Assembly (NCBI GenBank): GCA_009103225.1
Contig: RHPI01003798.1
Span: 1-55,779 of the forward strand
Direction of reading: 5' to 3'
DNA length: 55,779 nucleotides
Source: Chlorokybus atmophyticus
Lineage: Eukaryota; Plantae; Mesostigma and Chlorokybus algae
Shown here: positions 8,288 through 21,816 of the stretch, in pieces
Layout of the letters: each line of letters begins with the position of its first letter
Position numbering within the stretch: position 1 is the first letter of the stretch
Translations under genes and position numbers: made by a program
The notes under the pieces: model-generated
Database searches by the model: none
The model's input: the letters and a program-made list of their open reading frames with translations, nothing else
Told to the model about the DNA's origin: nothing

Positions 8288-11200
8288 ATGGGATGCCATC
8301 CAGAGCCCACCCCGGAGCCGTGCTTTATGGACCATGAAGCTGTTTTGACCAACAACGATAGGGACTTTTTGCTCTCTCTGCTGGTAGGCCCGATTTGTGT
8401 TGAAGTATTGTGTCTAGGGTGCGGTTGGCGGCGGTGAATACAAGCAGCTGTTACTGAGAGACAGTGCAGTCCTGAGCCAGCTTGGTTAACCTTCTGCTTG
8501 TGGCAGCAAATCGTGGAGAACAACTGTGAAGATGTCAGGAAGGCACTGTTGACTGCAAATAGCAAAGAGGTTATCAGAGCTGCAAGTGAGATCCACCGTG
8601 CATCCAAGTCGCTCAAGTATGGTTCCTCTCAGCTGTTGTGTCGCGAAACACCAGCTGCTGGGGTAAGCTTGCATACTCCTCACCCATAATTCGACACTTG
8701 TCAGTCTCATCTGAATAAGTACATGCACATAGTTGATTGTGACTGACATGCGTCTTGTTTGTTGCTGTGCAGCCGCCCACTCCCAGTATCTCCTTGTACT
8801 GCAATAGGTATGGCAAAACAGCATAGTTAAAAACGACTTTTGTTCATTATACGCCAGAGTGGAGAGGGTGGATGGTCTTGACATGAAGTAGGAGGGGGAA
8901 ATTTGGGGAAGGAGAGGGGGTTGTGCACCGTCTTTACTTACTCTACTGACTGATCAGATTGGGTGTCGAAGACATGCATACTGACATGGTGGCTGAGGCG
9001 CAGAAGTCTGCAAAAGCTTCCTTGGTAAGTTCGCGACAGTAGCGGAAGCCTGCAACCAGCTCATGTCATTGCACTAGCACGTTCATTAGCAGGCACGCCT
9101 GTGGTATTGATGGCCGTTCTGCTCATGTCACCAAAATTGCTCATTCTTGTTGCTTTGCAAGCAGGCGGTAAAAAAGAAGCCCACGCACAAGGAGGTTCAT
9201 GGCATCCCCCTCATTTTTTCTATTGATGACGATGAGATCAATCAGAGGCTAATACAGCAGTTGCTCAAGCCTACTGGCTTCAAGGTACATCGTCAGTCAA
9301 TTGATGTCTCAGGATTGCATCAGTATCTCTTCAATCCCTCATATGCTGTATAATTTATCCCAGGTATGCAGAGCGATGGATGGACCTAACGCGATTCGGT
9401 CCCTTGAGGAGAGTGAATGCTTACCAGATTTGATTCTTCTTGATGTTGTCATGCCGCGTATGAGTGGCTATGCCGTGTGCGCACGCATCCGTGAGCTCTA
9501 TCCAGACTGCAACATCCCTATCATCATGATGTCTGCACGGTCATCACAGGTACATGGTTAGGGCCACTTAAAGCACAGCTTAAATGATGTTCTGCTAGTC
9601 ACATATTGTAGGGTGAAACTGGCTGCTCAGCCCTTGCTTATATTTCTAGGAAAACATCATAGAGGGTCTTCAAGCAGGCAGCAACGACTATGTGGTAAAA
9701 CCCTTCCATCGAGCGGAGATGTTAGCCCGCATCGAAACACAGCTAAAGTTAAAAGATGCTTGGCGTGTGGAGGTTGAGGCCACCAGAAACCTGCAGCTAC
9801 TTCAAAAGATGCTCCCTGATCGCATCATTCGGCGGTTACAGGTACCTGGCTTCATCTTTCGAGAACACCAGTACTTGTACTTATTATCATTCAGTTTGCT
9901 GTACCTGTAACTTTTTTGTCATGCTGTGACAGGCTGGGCAAACCATGATCTCAGACAGCCATGAAGATGTCACAATTCTTTTTACGGATATTGTTGGCTT
10001 CACGCGACTGGCATCAACTATCAGCACCATGGAACTTGTTGTGATGTTGAATGAGTTGTTCACGGGTTTTGACAACCTAGTGGACAAGTACAACGTCTAC
10101 AAGGTACATTTGAGGTGTTGGCCTGCTTATTGCTGTACAGTTACAACTGTAAGTCGTGTTTCAGCTCACTGACCCGCGTTGCAATCGTGCTTTCAGGTAG
10201 AGACTATCGGTGATGCATATATGGCAGTTGCAGGGCATGATGGTTCTGCCAACCATGCTGAGCGCATGCTGCAGCTTGCTATGGAGATAATAACATTTGT
10301 TAAGGAAGTGAGCATCGCCAACATCACTGTGCAAGTAGGTGCTGCTTCTTTGCGAGGGGTTGCATCTGCCTTAAACAGTGGCACAGTAACAGTTCTAGAT
10401 CAGGAGAGCTTCCTTACCACCTCTTGTACTCGCAGATTAGGGTTGGAATACATACGGGCCCAGCTCATGCTGGTGTCATTGGCATGAAGTGCCCGCGATA
10501 CTGCTTTTTTGGAGACACTGTCAACACTGCAAGGTCCGTGTTTTCATCTCTTTGAGGCAATTGCTGGGTCGTATCTCATGTTCCTTCTCGTGGACAGCCG
10601 GATGGAAAGCAACGGCTTCCCAATGGCGGTGCATGTCAGTGAAAGCACTTACTCGCGACTGAAGGACAAGTACGAATTCGTGCCGTTTGGACAGCGACAA
10701 ATCAAAGGCAAAGGTCTGATGGCGACATATCTCCTTAAGTATGGCCGCTACCGCGAAGCACTTGAGATGAAGCAAAACTTGTGCGGCTTGCAAACGCCCT
10801 ACGTCATTGTGAGTAACTGGTGCTGGTTGCAGTCAATTGTCATGGGCGGGCTTTACATGTTGTTCGAATTGAGGCTGGTGTTCTTTGTTTGCTCAGTGCC
10901 TTTGAACTGACCTTACAACTTGCAACGCAGGACTCATTCGGCAGTAACTCACCAACTTCTGAGTCGGGGCACTCTGGTCTGTCATCCCCAGTTTCTCCTG
11001 ACATGTGTGCGGGGTCGTCGGGCTCATCAGCTGCACTCACTAGTAGTGTTGTCAATGTTGCAACACCAACTGGCGCCGATGCCATGACCACCATGGCTGA
11101 TCGCTTTCAACGTGCTCGGCCGCCCCCAATTCAAGTTATCGGTGCAGAGCACCATCCAGACGCAGTGCGGGTCTCCCGTCCGTGGACTGAGCCTCACAGG

Positions 11201-12157
11201 TGAGCAGTCTACTTTATCTGTGCACATAACAATGCTGCATCACACAATCTCCAGATACTCTCAGGCTGGAGCGTGCTCATGTTAAGTGGTTGTTTCCAGG
11301 TAGCATGCGCTACATGAAGGTGCAAGGTTTGATGTTCGGACAATCAACAGCGAGTAGTGTACATATGTAGCCTTTACAGCCAACCAGTGTATGCTGGTTC
11401 CAAACAAGCAGCCTAGCCTGCTGGTTGCCAGATTTTGGTAGCGTAGCATTTTTTTTCCCATTTCGTGCATTGTAGTCCATGTTGTAGGCAACTTCTCTAG
11501 CCACGGCGTGGAGTATACACCTGTGCAGCACGAGAAGTTTGTCACACGTACAATTGATACTAAAGCTCAAATTTGTTTTTCCTGCTGGAGTCATCTGTTG
11601 TAGCTGCCAAAATGCTTGGGAGGGCCACACTCGTCGACTAGCCGCTGGAAGCAGATATAAAGAAAGTCTGTATAGCCCTTCTTCAAGGCATTGCACTCCT
11701 AGAGCCTTATGGCATGGGCTGTTTATACTTCTCCTGTGTTAGCTGTTCGATTTGACGTGCACAAGGCGAACTATACTGTCGACGCTTTCAGTGTATTGAA
11801 GCAAATGCAAGCACTGCATCTTATCTATGTGCTGCTGTCTCTCGTGCAGCACCTTCGACAGTGACTGTCACCATACCTCCCACACCACAAAACAGCTCAT
11901 ACTTGGCGCAGGTTGACACTGATAGCGCTAATCACAAAGCAATTGCAAGAGCACGCGACCTCCATGAATACCACCCCAGCAACCCTTGTACCAAACACTC
12001 CAACCGCGCAACACCAAAGCAAGTATGCCGGCCATCATGCCGCTCCGAGAGCGCTGGACCAACACTGCGGTGCCCCCTCCCCTGGCAGGTATCTCCTACT
12101 GCTACTGCCGCTACTCCCCTACCGCTGCGGTTGCATGTCGTTGCATTTGCTCCTTAG
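8288..12157 (+). CDS. Response-regulator receiver plus class III guanylate cyclase, with a possible degenerate HPt-like N-terminus; multi-exon, 3' end uncertain
   Basis: Receiver motifs: [32 protein letters not shown] (~9166-9842). Cyclase motifs: [54 protein letters not shown] (~9933-10810). The Glu and Cys specificity residues indicate GTP. Exons are GT-AG. The Ser/Pro-rich tail exons from 10931 to ~12157 are less certain. Confidence 0.85.
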
Positions 12158-12279
12158 CCATGGCCCCTAGCTAGTTAAATGTGTGTGGAGGTGGAGGCGG
12201 AAGTGTGGGGGGTTGTTTGTACTTGCTTGCTTGTTTGTATGTTGCCTTATAATACTCTGCTTGCAGTTGCTACTTAAAG

Positions 12280-12910
12280 CGCGCACAGATATATGCCAAG
12301 TGGTGAATGACGCCAAGACACTGTTTAGACACTGTACCAACTAGCTCCAGTAGTACAGCGTGCACATCACTGCACCAATGCAGTTCTCATGCGTCCTCCC
12401 TCACACCGACAGTAACGTATGCATAGCACAAGGCTGCTGCCACTGGTGGTTGTGGTGCCCAGGTGCATCCCCACTGCGTGCAACCCTCACCCACACTATG
12501 TCGGATGTAGGCTTGCTGATCAGATTAAGAGGTGATTTACAAAGAGGCGAGCAAGGCAGTGAAGGTAAAGGTGCATAGCACAAAATAATCAATAGCAGGA
12601 GGAGGTGCCTGACTGCATGCAGCTTGTGCACAGCACGCACTGAGTCCCAGCGGAGGCCCCCAGCTACGCACAATGCTGACGGCTTCGTTGACCTGCAACC
12701 GCACAAACAACCTCCTGCTGCTGCTGCTGCTGCTGGACTTTTTGCTAACGTACTGCAACAAGCGCAGCTGCTGTTGACATTTGTTGGGGACAGCATTCGC
12801 TGGAAGCTTGACTGCCTAAGCTTACCCCTCACGCTTGAACCTGCAGCAGCACAGCTTGCCACAAAGCCAAGCAAGGCAGCAGGCTGTTGGCTGCAGACAG
12901 TTGGCGACAT
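12280..12910 (-). CDS. Possible uncharacterised spliced gene, head-to-head with the SAAL1-like gene
   Basis: ATG at 12910 opens an Ala/Ser/Cys-rich reading frame. Candidate downstream exons are QAYIRHSVGEGCTQWGCTWAP (~12520-12430) and LELVGTVSKQCLGVIHHLAYICARFK* (~12350-12272). No family was recognised. Confidence 0.25.
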
Positions 12911-13005
12911 TTGCCGCTTGATTGTATTTTTAGCTGCGGCGGGCGGCGGCGGTGCCGGCAGCAGGGAAGGAAGAGCACTGCACGAACAGCTTCACGTGCG
13001 ACAAT

Positions 13006-15075
13006 ATGCTGGACATGCCGCCGGAGGCGCTGCCAGCCTCCCCGCCGGTAAGCTCAGCTCGCAGACAGCAGCGCAGCAACAACCAGCAGTAGTGCTTGAG
13101 CACAGCAAAAAGTACTGTCTGTGGTGGTGTTTGATGCGCAAACACGTTGTGGAGACTTGCAGGACACGACGGTGGATGCCGCCCATGTCATTGGGCTCAT
13201 ACGTCGCCTGCTTCCTGCCGACAGCAGCGGTGGTGGTGGTGGTGGTGAGCCCAAAGGAGGGGGAGCTGGAGGGGCTCAACGAGAGGGCGACGATGACGGA
13301 GACGAGGCTGCGAAGATTGAGGCTGGGTGGGTGCATTGCTAGCAACAGCTTTACACACATGTACCCATCAGATGAGCATGTCCACGTTTACCCACACAAC
13401 CGCGTTGGCTTATACCAGTCTAGTGCTCATGTGGTTATGTTACGGACATCTGACCAGTAGTCATGGGGAGATCATGTAAAGTTGTGTGTGCTGCGAGCAC
13501 GTGGACAGCTTGTGTGCTGTTCGTGACAGTACAGCTGGTTGTTGTTGCGTTGGCTGTAAGAGCAGATCTTGTCAACAGGTCATTAGTCCTCAAGGACTCA
13601 AAAATTCTTGCTGAGTTGTGCTGCTCGCAGCTGTGTGCTATGGGACTTGTCGGCCAGCGATCAACACGCCCGCATGCTAGTAAGTAGTAACGTGAAGTTG
13701 TAGTTAAACATCCTGCACCAGGCTACTCGCGCAGCATCCATGCATGGCCACAATGCTTTGAAGCTTCTCATGCGCAACCTCAATGCAGGTCGCGTACCAC
13801 TTGCCAAGCATATTGCTGGGCTTGCTGCAGACTTCCCACAGCGATCGTTTGCACGAGATCTCGCTGGGCATCTTGGCCAACTTCATGTGTCACATCAAAC
13901 CCGCGCAAGCAGTGTCTAATCAGCCCGGGCTCATACCTGCCGTGATTAACGCACTGGACAGCAATGACCCGCCCGTGTTGACAGAAACCTGCAGGTACGC
14001 ATGTTGGATAGTGTGTGGGGGGTTTGTTGCATGCTGCTGAAGGCCTCAAAGGTGTCATCAGGTTACTCGACGACGCGCTGCGTAATGAAGCAGTTGTGTC
14101 CATGTGGGTGCCGGCGCTTTCAGAAGACTGCATGACAAGGCTGATGTGGATTGCCGACAACACTCTTCACCAGCCTTTGCTCGTAAAGGTCAGTCTCACG
14201 CACAACAGATGTTTACGCAATCAACACCATCCTCACCAATGTGGCGAATCACGTGTTGTGTTTGCAGAGCTGGTGCGTGTTGCAAGCCCTCATCTCCCCC
14301 CCAGCATGTCAACCTGGCCAAGTGCCTGCCTTCTTAAGCATTGAAGTACCCAAGAGCATCTACAGCACAGTCCATGTGCAGCTGAGCACCTCACAAGCAA
14401 GGTACACAAACTGCAGCAGCACTCAATGTTCGTGAGGTGTGGATTGCTGTTGTATGTGTGCTTCAAACCAAGCAGCTGGCCACTTGGGAGATCGGTGAGG
14501 GTCCTGAGTACATTGTGAGTGTCTGTAGGTTTGATGCAGCGCAGCTCGCGCTGCAGACGCTGGCTCTGCTAGCGTGGCATGAGGCGGAGGCACGCAGCTT
14601 GGCTCAGGACACGCAGCTGCTGCAGCTGCTCTGCGACATTGTCAACCAGCGCTTCCCTGCGTTAGAGGAGGCGGACGCTCTTCCAAGCATCCTTGGGTGG
14701 GCCCTCGTGTCGATGGCGAGCATCGTAGAAGAGTCCCGAGACGCTTGCCGGCTCGTTGCAAGCGACACAACCATGCTGGATGCCTTAATCAACGGTGTCC
14801 GGTCTCCTGACTTGGGCGCTGAGGCCATAGATGCTGCTCACGCCGTCATTAGCAGAGTCTTGCGCGCGCTGTGCGAAGTGGATTTGTTGGATGCAAGCAC
14901 GTTGAAAGCGGTCTTGCGCGTGGTTGAGTTCGCACTTAAGGAGGATGCGGACTCATCCCAACAAGTGCTCCCGTATGCCACTGCGATCCTGCAGACGTGG
15001 CTGGCGCACGCGGGTCCCAACAGCAGCGATTACTCGCTAGTGTCTAAGTTGTTAGAGAAGCTAACGGTCACCTGA
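13006..15075 (+). CDS. SAAL1: SAAL1-like armadillo-repeat protein (multi-exon)
   Basis: Spliced model MLDMPPEALPASPP|DTTVDAAHVIGLIRRLL...IEAG|CVLWDLSASDQHARML|VAYHLPSILLGLL...RLHEISLGILANFMC...DSNDPPVLTETCR. It parallels the SAAL1 motifs CRVWDMS, RLREICVGILGNMAC and DSDPPTLLETSR, as recalled. Confidence 0.7.
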
Positions 15076-15902
15076 GAGGCTGTATTACATAGCTTCTGTC
15101 CTTGAGAGGCATGTGGGCTGTGCTACTTGGGCGATACTCACTGCTTGTAAGGTGGGTATTCGTATAGAGATGTATGGAGTATACATACTGTATCGACACA
15201 TATGTATGGAACTTGCTATGCTTGTACAATCCCGTCCACCTCAAGCTACAAACGAATGCGCGCACATTACATTTGCATGGGCTGATAGAACTGACATTGT
15301 ACACGCGCGCCTGACGTGAATCGTGGGACTGACTTCCAACTACAGTAAAACCTCACCATACTTCACAGCTCAATTGTAGTAACATGAACAAATGTTGACT
15401 ATCTGATCCACGGACCCATGCTCTCAGTTCTACTTCCTTCAGCATAACTCCTCTATGTGCTTGTACAATCCCCAACTGCGTCAATACCTAGTTATGTGCT
15501 GCAGAGCGAAAAACTTTTCAAGCCTTCTCGACCATCCATGGCATGACTATGCACAGGGGGGCCAAACTGATAACGTGCCGCGGGGTGTGACTGGCGCGTA
15601 TCGCGTTACGCTACGGACTCTCGTCGTTATCCGGTCAGCACTGCTCGCCTCAGCCAATCGCAGCACACTGCGCATGTCTGTGACTGTGCGTGACTTGCAT
15701 CACACAGCGGCGGCGGCGGCGGCGGCGGCGGCGGTGGGAGAATCGGCGACAGGCGTAGGCAAGGAGGCCCAGTGTGCAGCAGAGGAGGTGAAGAAGAAAG
15801 CCAGGCGCATGCTGCATTGCCATTTGAAAGCTTTGAGGTTGGTGTAGGGTGAAGAGGTGCTTGTGGTGAGCGGCAGCGGTGGTGGTGCTGTGCGTGGGGG
15901 CA

Positions 15903-18260
15903 ATGGCGGTGAGAGCGATGGCGTCGACCGAGGTGGCATCGTCGCGCATACACTTGTCAACGTCGTCGTCAACGCCTTCCTCGACGGCGAGCCTACGTCG
16001 GCACGCACAGCCAGCCAGCAGGAGAATGCCTGCGCCACCCAGGCGACGGGAGTTCTCTTCACCGGCGCTGCGCGTTGAGCTGAGCTCAGGGTTAGGGTTT
16101 CTCGGCGAGCAGCTCCCTCCTGCTGTTTCACGCAGGCGAGCCAGCTGCACATCCTCACGGCCAGCTGCCACAGCAGCAGCCGCTGCAGCGAAGGACTTTA
16201 GGAAACGGGCGCCCAAGGATGTCAACGTCCTGGTCGTCGGAAGTACGGGCTACATCGGCAAGTATGTCGTCAAGGAGCTGGTCAGTACGCATAACATGAT
16301 ACATGTCAGTGCTGTTGCAACCATCGTTCAATTCGTTTCTAAACCACAGTCAACAATTCCAATGGGCGCCTATGCGGCACACAGTGCTTGCATGTCATGA
16401 TTGTTTGAAGCATGCAAGGTTGAAACATGTCAACTGCCATGCCCATGCTGAGTACAACACTGACTTCTGGCAGTTGCGAGCTGATATAGAAGTTGTATGT
16501 ATGTTGCATACGTTGCACAGTGCTTGAGCATGTTGACATCACAGCGTGTTGTCATAAGACAGCAAGCCTATGCACAACAGCTGATGTACACCTGACGCAT
16601 ATGTGCGATGCTCTGTTTGCATGCTCAGGTGAAAAGGGGTTATAATGTGATTGCTGTCGCACGCGAGAAAGCGGGTATTGGCGGGAAGATGGATGAGGAG
16701 AAGACCAGAGAGGAGCTGCCGGGCGCAAACTTTGTGTTTAGCGATGTGACAGATGAAAGAGTGCTCACCAAAGCTGTTAGCAGCACGCCGATTGATGTGG
16801 TCGTTTCGTGCCTGGCCAGCCGCACTGGGGGCAAGGTGCGAGTGCAATCGCATGCTCACATGCACGCACGCACATGCACACACATGGGCACGCACAGACA
16901 GCACACCAATAGACCTGGCTGGTTTGAGCCTGGTCAGTCGCACATGTGGCAAGGTATGATTACCATCATACACATGACTGGGCACACATGCACACATGCA
17001 GGCACATGCACACGCATGCACACACATGGGAAGCATGCTGCGTACTGCATCTACAAATATATATACCATGTTGAGAGCGGAATTGTTGAATACTTTGCCT
17101 GCTGGACGGTGACATACACGCAGTCAATGAAGTGATAAAGATAGTCATCACTACACTGCATCATCATGCATGCAGGCGGACTCGTGGAAGATTGACTATC
17201 AAGCTACGCGCAACGCGATGGAGGCTGGCAAGGCCGCCGGCGCGAAGCACTTTGTGCTGTTGTCGGCCATCTGCGTGCAGAAGCCTCTACTCGAGTTTCA
17301 GAAGGCCAAGTTGAAGTTCGAAGCTGAGCTGCAGGCTGACGAAGACATGACCTTTAGCATCGTGCGGCCCACAGCATTCTTCAAGAGCCTGGCTGGCCAG
17401 GTGGGTGGAGGGATGCTTTGTCGCTGCAGTGACAACAATACTTGATGTGCAGTTGTAATAAGGTATGCATTGTTGTTTTGGTTGTTGTGTTGAACAGCAT
17501 GGTGGTTGACAATCAGGTGGAGAGTGTGAAGAGTGGAGGGCCCTATGTCATGTTCGGGGATGGACAGCTTGCCAGTTGCAAGCCCATCAGCGAGGCGGAT
17601 CTTGCGTCATTCATTGCGGACTGCGTGCAGAAGGAGGACAAGATCAACCAAGTTTTGCCAATTGGAGGTACAACAGCCTTGACAACCGTATCTTGTTGGC
17701 CAGATAGTTGCTATGTGCTGGTACACAGCTATCTTCTCAACATCGCCAACTATTGCTATCACCACCATCATCGTTGTCTGTTGTCATCATTGTCAAGATT
17801 ACTGTTCACGCAGGCCCTGGAGAGGCGCTTTCAGCTCTGCAGCAGGGCACCATGTTGTTTGAGATAGTCGGCAAGAAGCCCAAGTTCATCAAGGTGCCCA
17901 TTCAGCTCATGGACGGCATCATTGGCTTCCTCGAGTTCGTCTCCCGGTTCTTCCCTTCACTGGAAGACGGCGTCGAGTTCGGCCGCATAGGCCGTTACTA
18001 CGCTGCCGAAAGCATGCTGTTGCTGGATCCTGACACAGGTCAGTGAGTTTGCAAGCGTTTATACGCTGTTTTAGAACAACTGCATGCAATGGCTGCTTGT
18101 TGCGACTGTTTGTGATGTTGGGGTACTCACAGGCAAGTATGATGCGAGCAAGACTCCAAGCTATGGCAAGGACACGCTTGAAGCCTTCTTCAAGCGCGCT
18201 GTGAAGGATGGTTTGGCTGGTCAGGAACTGGGAGACCAGGCGGTTTGGGGTCAGAAGTAG
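15903..18260 (+). CDS. DVR: Divinyl chlorophyllide a 8-vinyl reductase, plastid (multi-exon)
   Basis: Transit-peptide-like N-terminus followed by [90 protein letters not shown] and [16 protein letters not shown] stop at 18258-18260. Confidence 0.95.
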
Positions 18261-18358
18261 TTGATACCGCACGCTGTTACCATCAATGCACATTGCACAG
18301 CAGTTGATATATGAGTTGCAGCTAGAGACACGATTGGAAGTTTATCGGTGCATAGCTC

Positions 18359-18363
18359 TGTAA
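18359..18363 (+). promoter_or_regulatory. TGTAA chlorophyte-type polyadenylation signal candidate (DVR)
   Basis: TGTAA lies about 100 nt after the DVR stop. It also occurs at 30383 after EamA and at 36913 after the 34171-36822 gene. UGUAA is the established Chlamydomonas-type signal. Confidence 0.4.
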
Positions 18364-19290
18364 CTTAGTGTTTGTGACGTGCCCGCATCACACGAATTCA
18401 TCTGATGTACATCACAGTTTGATGGTGAGGCCACCGAGCAGTCTGTGCAGGTATATGAACTGTGCGTGCATGCATGCATGGCTAACAGGGTGTGGCGGTA
18501 GTAAAAGTACTGGGATGAGTGGTAGCTGTTCCTATCCCGGTGGTGGCATATCGCACTGTACATGTGGATTGGTCATGTGTATATAAAGGGTATGGTACGG
18601 TGGCAACATGCATGTGTGCGGGCAATGTGAGTGACATGCATGAAAAATAACCACTCACATAACAGTCACCACCGGGCTAGTGCTACCTACGCTATGCTAT
18701 GCTAGTACTAGCCCGCCCCGTTAGACATACTTGTTTGTACACAAGTATGCGTGCACGCACACTCTTGCAGGTACGCATGCTATTTATCATCTGTGTTGGC
18801 ATGTATGTTGTTGACTGCCCCTTGATGCTTATCCTGCCCAGTTGTTAGTGCAGGGTTTTCTCGCCAGCAAAATTGCCCATAAAAATTACAGTATAGGCCA
18901 TGATGTATGCACAGTCGTAGTAACCACACTACTGTATATAAGCTGCAACCGGATTTGCAGACAAACGTGCAAGGGTACAACAATTACTGCACTGGACGTG
19001 CTACACTGTGTTGGTTCGTCAATTAGTTGAGCTCTACAGACTTTGTCACATTCATTGATGCAGAATCATGTACAAGAATGCATGAAGCAATGCGCTGTGT
19101 ACTCCAACCTTCACTTGTCGACCAACAACCGCTGGACAGAAAGTAGCTAACTCATCTGCCGACTACAATGCTTACAAACTTGCAACGATACAATTGCATA
19201 CTATGCTAGGCACAACGACATATCTCACAACAAGAAACGTATCTACACCAGTGTATAAACAGCAAATATTGATGGAGCTTGTCCTCCGCG

Positions 19291-21197
19291 CTAGATATAG
19301 CAACTGGCATCATGTGGACTGATTGACTCCAACTGACTGCGCACAGCCAGTGGTTGAAGCCACTCGCGGACATTGTGAGAGTCGACAGCAACTGCCACAG
19401 CATCAGCCAGCTTGCTGTCTTGCCGCGTGAGGGCATTTCCCTGAAAGGAAGCATGCGAAGGCCAGTCTGCCGCCAGCGCAACCACCTCACCCACCACGAT
19501 CAGCGTGGGCGACTTCAAGCCCGCTTGCTTGACACGGTGCGGAAGCTCCTCTATAGTGGAGAACACCTGTACACAAGTAATTAATTTGTTACTACATGTC
19601 AGATGTTGTGAGCTGTGATAGCCCATCGTCAAAGCTGCTGCTAGGCTGCATTAACAACACACAAGCAGCGTGCACACGCACACACACGCACACGCACGCA
19701 TGAGTGTGTATGGTGATGTCTTGGTCGCAACTCACCATGCGCTGCTCAGGTGTTGTGCCGCGCTCAACGGCAACAGCTGGCGTGCTTCCTGTTAGCCCCA
19801 ACTCTTGCAGCCGCGTCACAAGATCAGGCAGCGTTGCCAAGCCCATGTACACAACCAGAGTCTTCGTGGACAGGTCAGCACCAGCAATGCCCTCAAACGG
19901 ATCCTGTCACACAAAGTACAGTCAAACTCCGCCTATTGCAACACTCATTCACGCAGATCGACACAAGCACGACATGGCTTGTTCGTAACATCAAGCTTTG
20001 GCTACTGACCTCATTTGGGGCTTCGCGCGTGTGTCCAGTTAAAAATGTTACTGAGCTGGCCAGTCCGCGATGCGTCAAAGGGATGCCAAGCTCTGCACCG
20101 ATGCCCGCCGCTGCAGTGATTCCAGGAACGATGCGCACTTTGATGCCATGCTGCTCCAGATACTCCATCTCCTCACCTCCACGACCAAAAACCAATGGAT
20201 CACCGCCTTTCAGCCGCAGCACCTATACAGGTGAGCACGTCACATGTCCATATTGCAAACATATGCGCAGGTTAATGGACGCCAATGCATGCACATGCAA
20301 ACGTGCACGCAGTCTATGCGCGCACGCGCGCATCGGTACATGCAACAAGTGTAAAGAAGCACATACCCTGGCTCCAGCCTGAGCAAAGGCCAGCAGCAGC
20401 TCGTGGATCTGATCCTGTGTCCTTGTGTGGAAGCCGGCACTCTTGCCGACGTATATCAGGCGAGAGTTCTCACTGACCAGACTCATGATGTCGTTACTAA
20501 CCTGCCCATACACAAACCAAGCTTTAGTTCCACATACTAATACTCTGTGACTGAGCCCGTCCCACAATGCAAATTAACCAATAACTGGATGGATGGGTCT
20601 GTCGCGCAACGCTTGACATGCAACTGAGAAGCATGCAACCTGGACTCTATGGGCTGCATGCGAGAAGGTGCTTGCCGCAAGCATGTGTGCACGTGAAGAA
20701 TGATCAGCATACTTCCTGTACATAAATCGACTTACCAGTCTGTCGTAAAGGACAAGGTCGGCTGTTTGCATAAGACGTAGGGCCTTCACCGTCAGCAGCT
20801 CCGGGTCACCAGGTCCAGTGCCCACCAGGTAGACCTCTCCAGGACCTTCCTGGCCTGGTTGGCCTGACTGTTGCTTGCGCTCCTTCAGCATGGTCAGCAC
20901 CTCCGCCAGCTCCGGCAGGCCATTGGAGGCGGCGTCCACGTCACTGGACTTGGCGGAGGCATGCACAGCAACACTGAGCCTGTGCTGCCTGCGGCCAGCA
21001 CGCTGATTGCAGCTCAAAACCCTGGTAAAGCGTAGCAATGTTGGTGGAGCGGCGGCGTGGTCATGCTCGTGGTCGCCCCTGAGGACGGCCTCCGTTTGCG
21101 ATACGCTCAGTCTGCAGGAGGCAATGCTTCGCGCGGAGGTACGTGCCAAGGAGGACGTTAGCGACAGGGACGACGAAACCGCTGCCGCCGCAGCCAT
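19291..21197 (-). CDS. UPM1: Uroporphyrinogen-III C-methyltransferase (siroheme branch), plastid (multi-exon)
   Basis: [117 protein letters not shown] and [11 protein letters not shown]. Confidence 0.95.
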
Positions 21198-21464
21198 GCT
21201 TGCCTCGCCGCTTCTCTCCTGGTAACACAGAGCCGCCTCCCCCTTCGCCAACTGGCAGCTCAGTGACACCCCCGCACCGCTCCTCAGCTTGCGCAAACGC
21301 ACGCCACTGCTCAGCAAGCACTACTCTCACTTACAGCACAACAACCGCAGCCACCTCCACAACGACCCCGCGAACACTGTCGCCGCCGGCGCTTCGACAA
21401 TTGCTGCCGCCACTCCGTATTTCACCGCCGCCTGAAGCGTATACAGGTGACGCCCGCTCGGGCG

Positions 21465-21476
21465 AGTGACGTCACT
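21465..21476. promoter_or_regulatory. Perfect 12-bp palindrome AGTGACGTCACT (CRE/C-box bZIP-type core) in the UPM1/PrmC divergent intergenic region
   Basis: The palindrome is seen directly. A second TGACG lies at ~21448. Function is inferred. Confidence 0.45.
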
Positions 21477-21785
21477 TGAACAAACCGCAAATAAACGGCA
21501 CAAGGGTAACCTAACCAAGAACGTGCCCGTGACATGGTTACGGATTGCTGCGTCCATGCGAAGTTGGTCATGGATTGACCGTAATGCGGGACCTCAGGAG
21601 ACGTAATGCCGATACGCTGGCCGCCCACTCAGCCAGAAAGACACACTGCTGTCACGTCTTTTGCCTCCAGCCCAGCCGTGGAGTTGAGCGAAAGGTCGCG
21701 CGCACAAGGCGCACAAGCTGTGCGCAAGTTGCTTGTGCTCTGATCCTGGTTTGGAGTTCAGGTTCACCAGATCGAGTTGACAATA

Positions 21786-21816
21786 TAGGGTTTAGGGCTT
21801 AGGCCCTTGGGTTTAG
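21786..21816 (+). promoter_or_regulatory. Telo-box-like TAGGGTTT(AGGG) cluster just upstream of the PrmC start codon
   Basis: TAGGGTTTAGGGCTTAGGCCCTTGGGTTTAG ends 13 nt before ATG 21830. A similar AAACCCTA lies at 49784-49791, just upstream of the NF-YA ATG. Confidence 0.45.

Noticed and set aside
7300-8290. Rhodopsin or histidine-kinase exons upstream of the receiver-cyclase (a 2c-Cyclop/HKR gene)
   Set aside because: No seven-TM, HisKA or HATPase motifs were recognisable in any frame.
15218-15474. 15-bp direct repeat TGCTTGTACAATCCC and a possible small minus-strand gene between SAAL1 and DVR
   Set aside because: The repeat is too short, and no consistent spliced ORF could be built.
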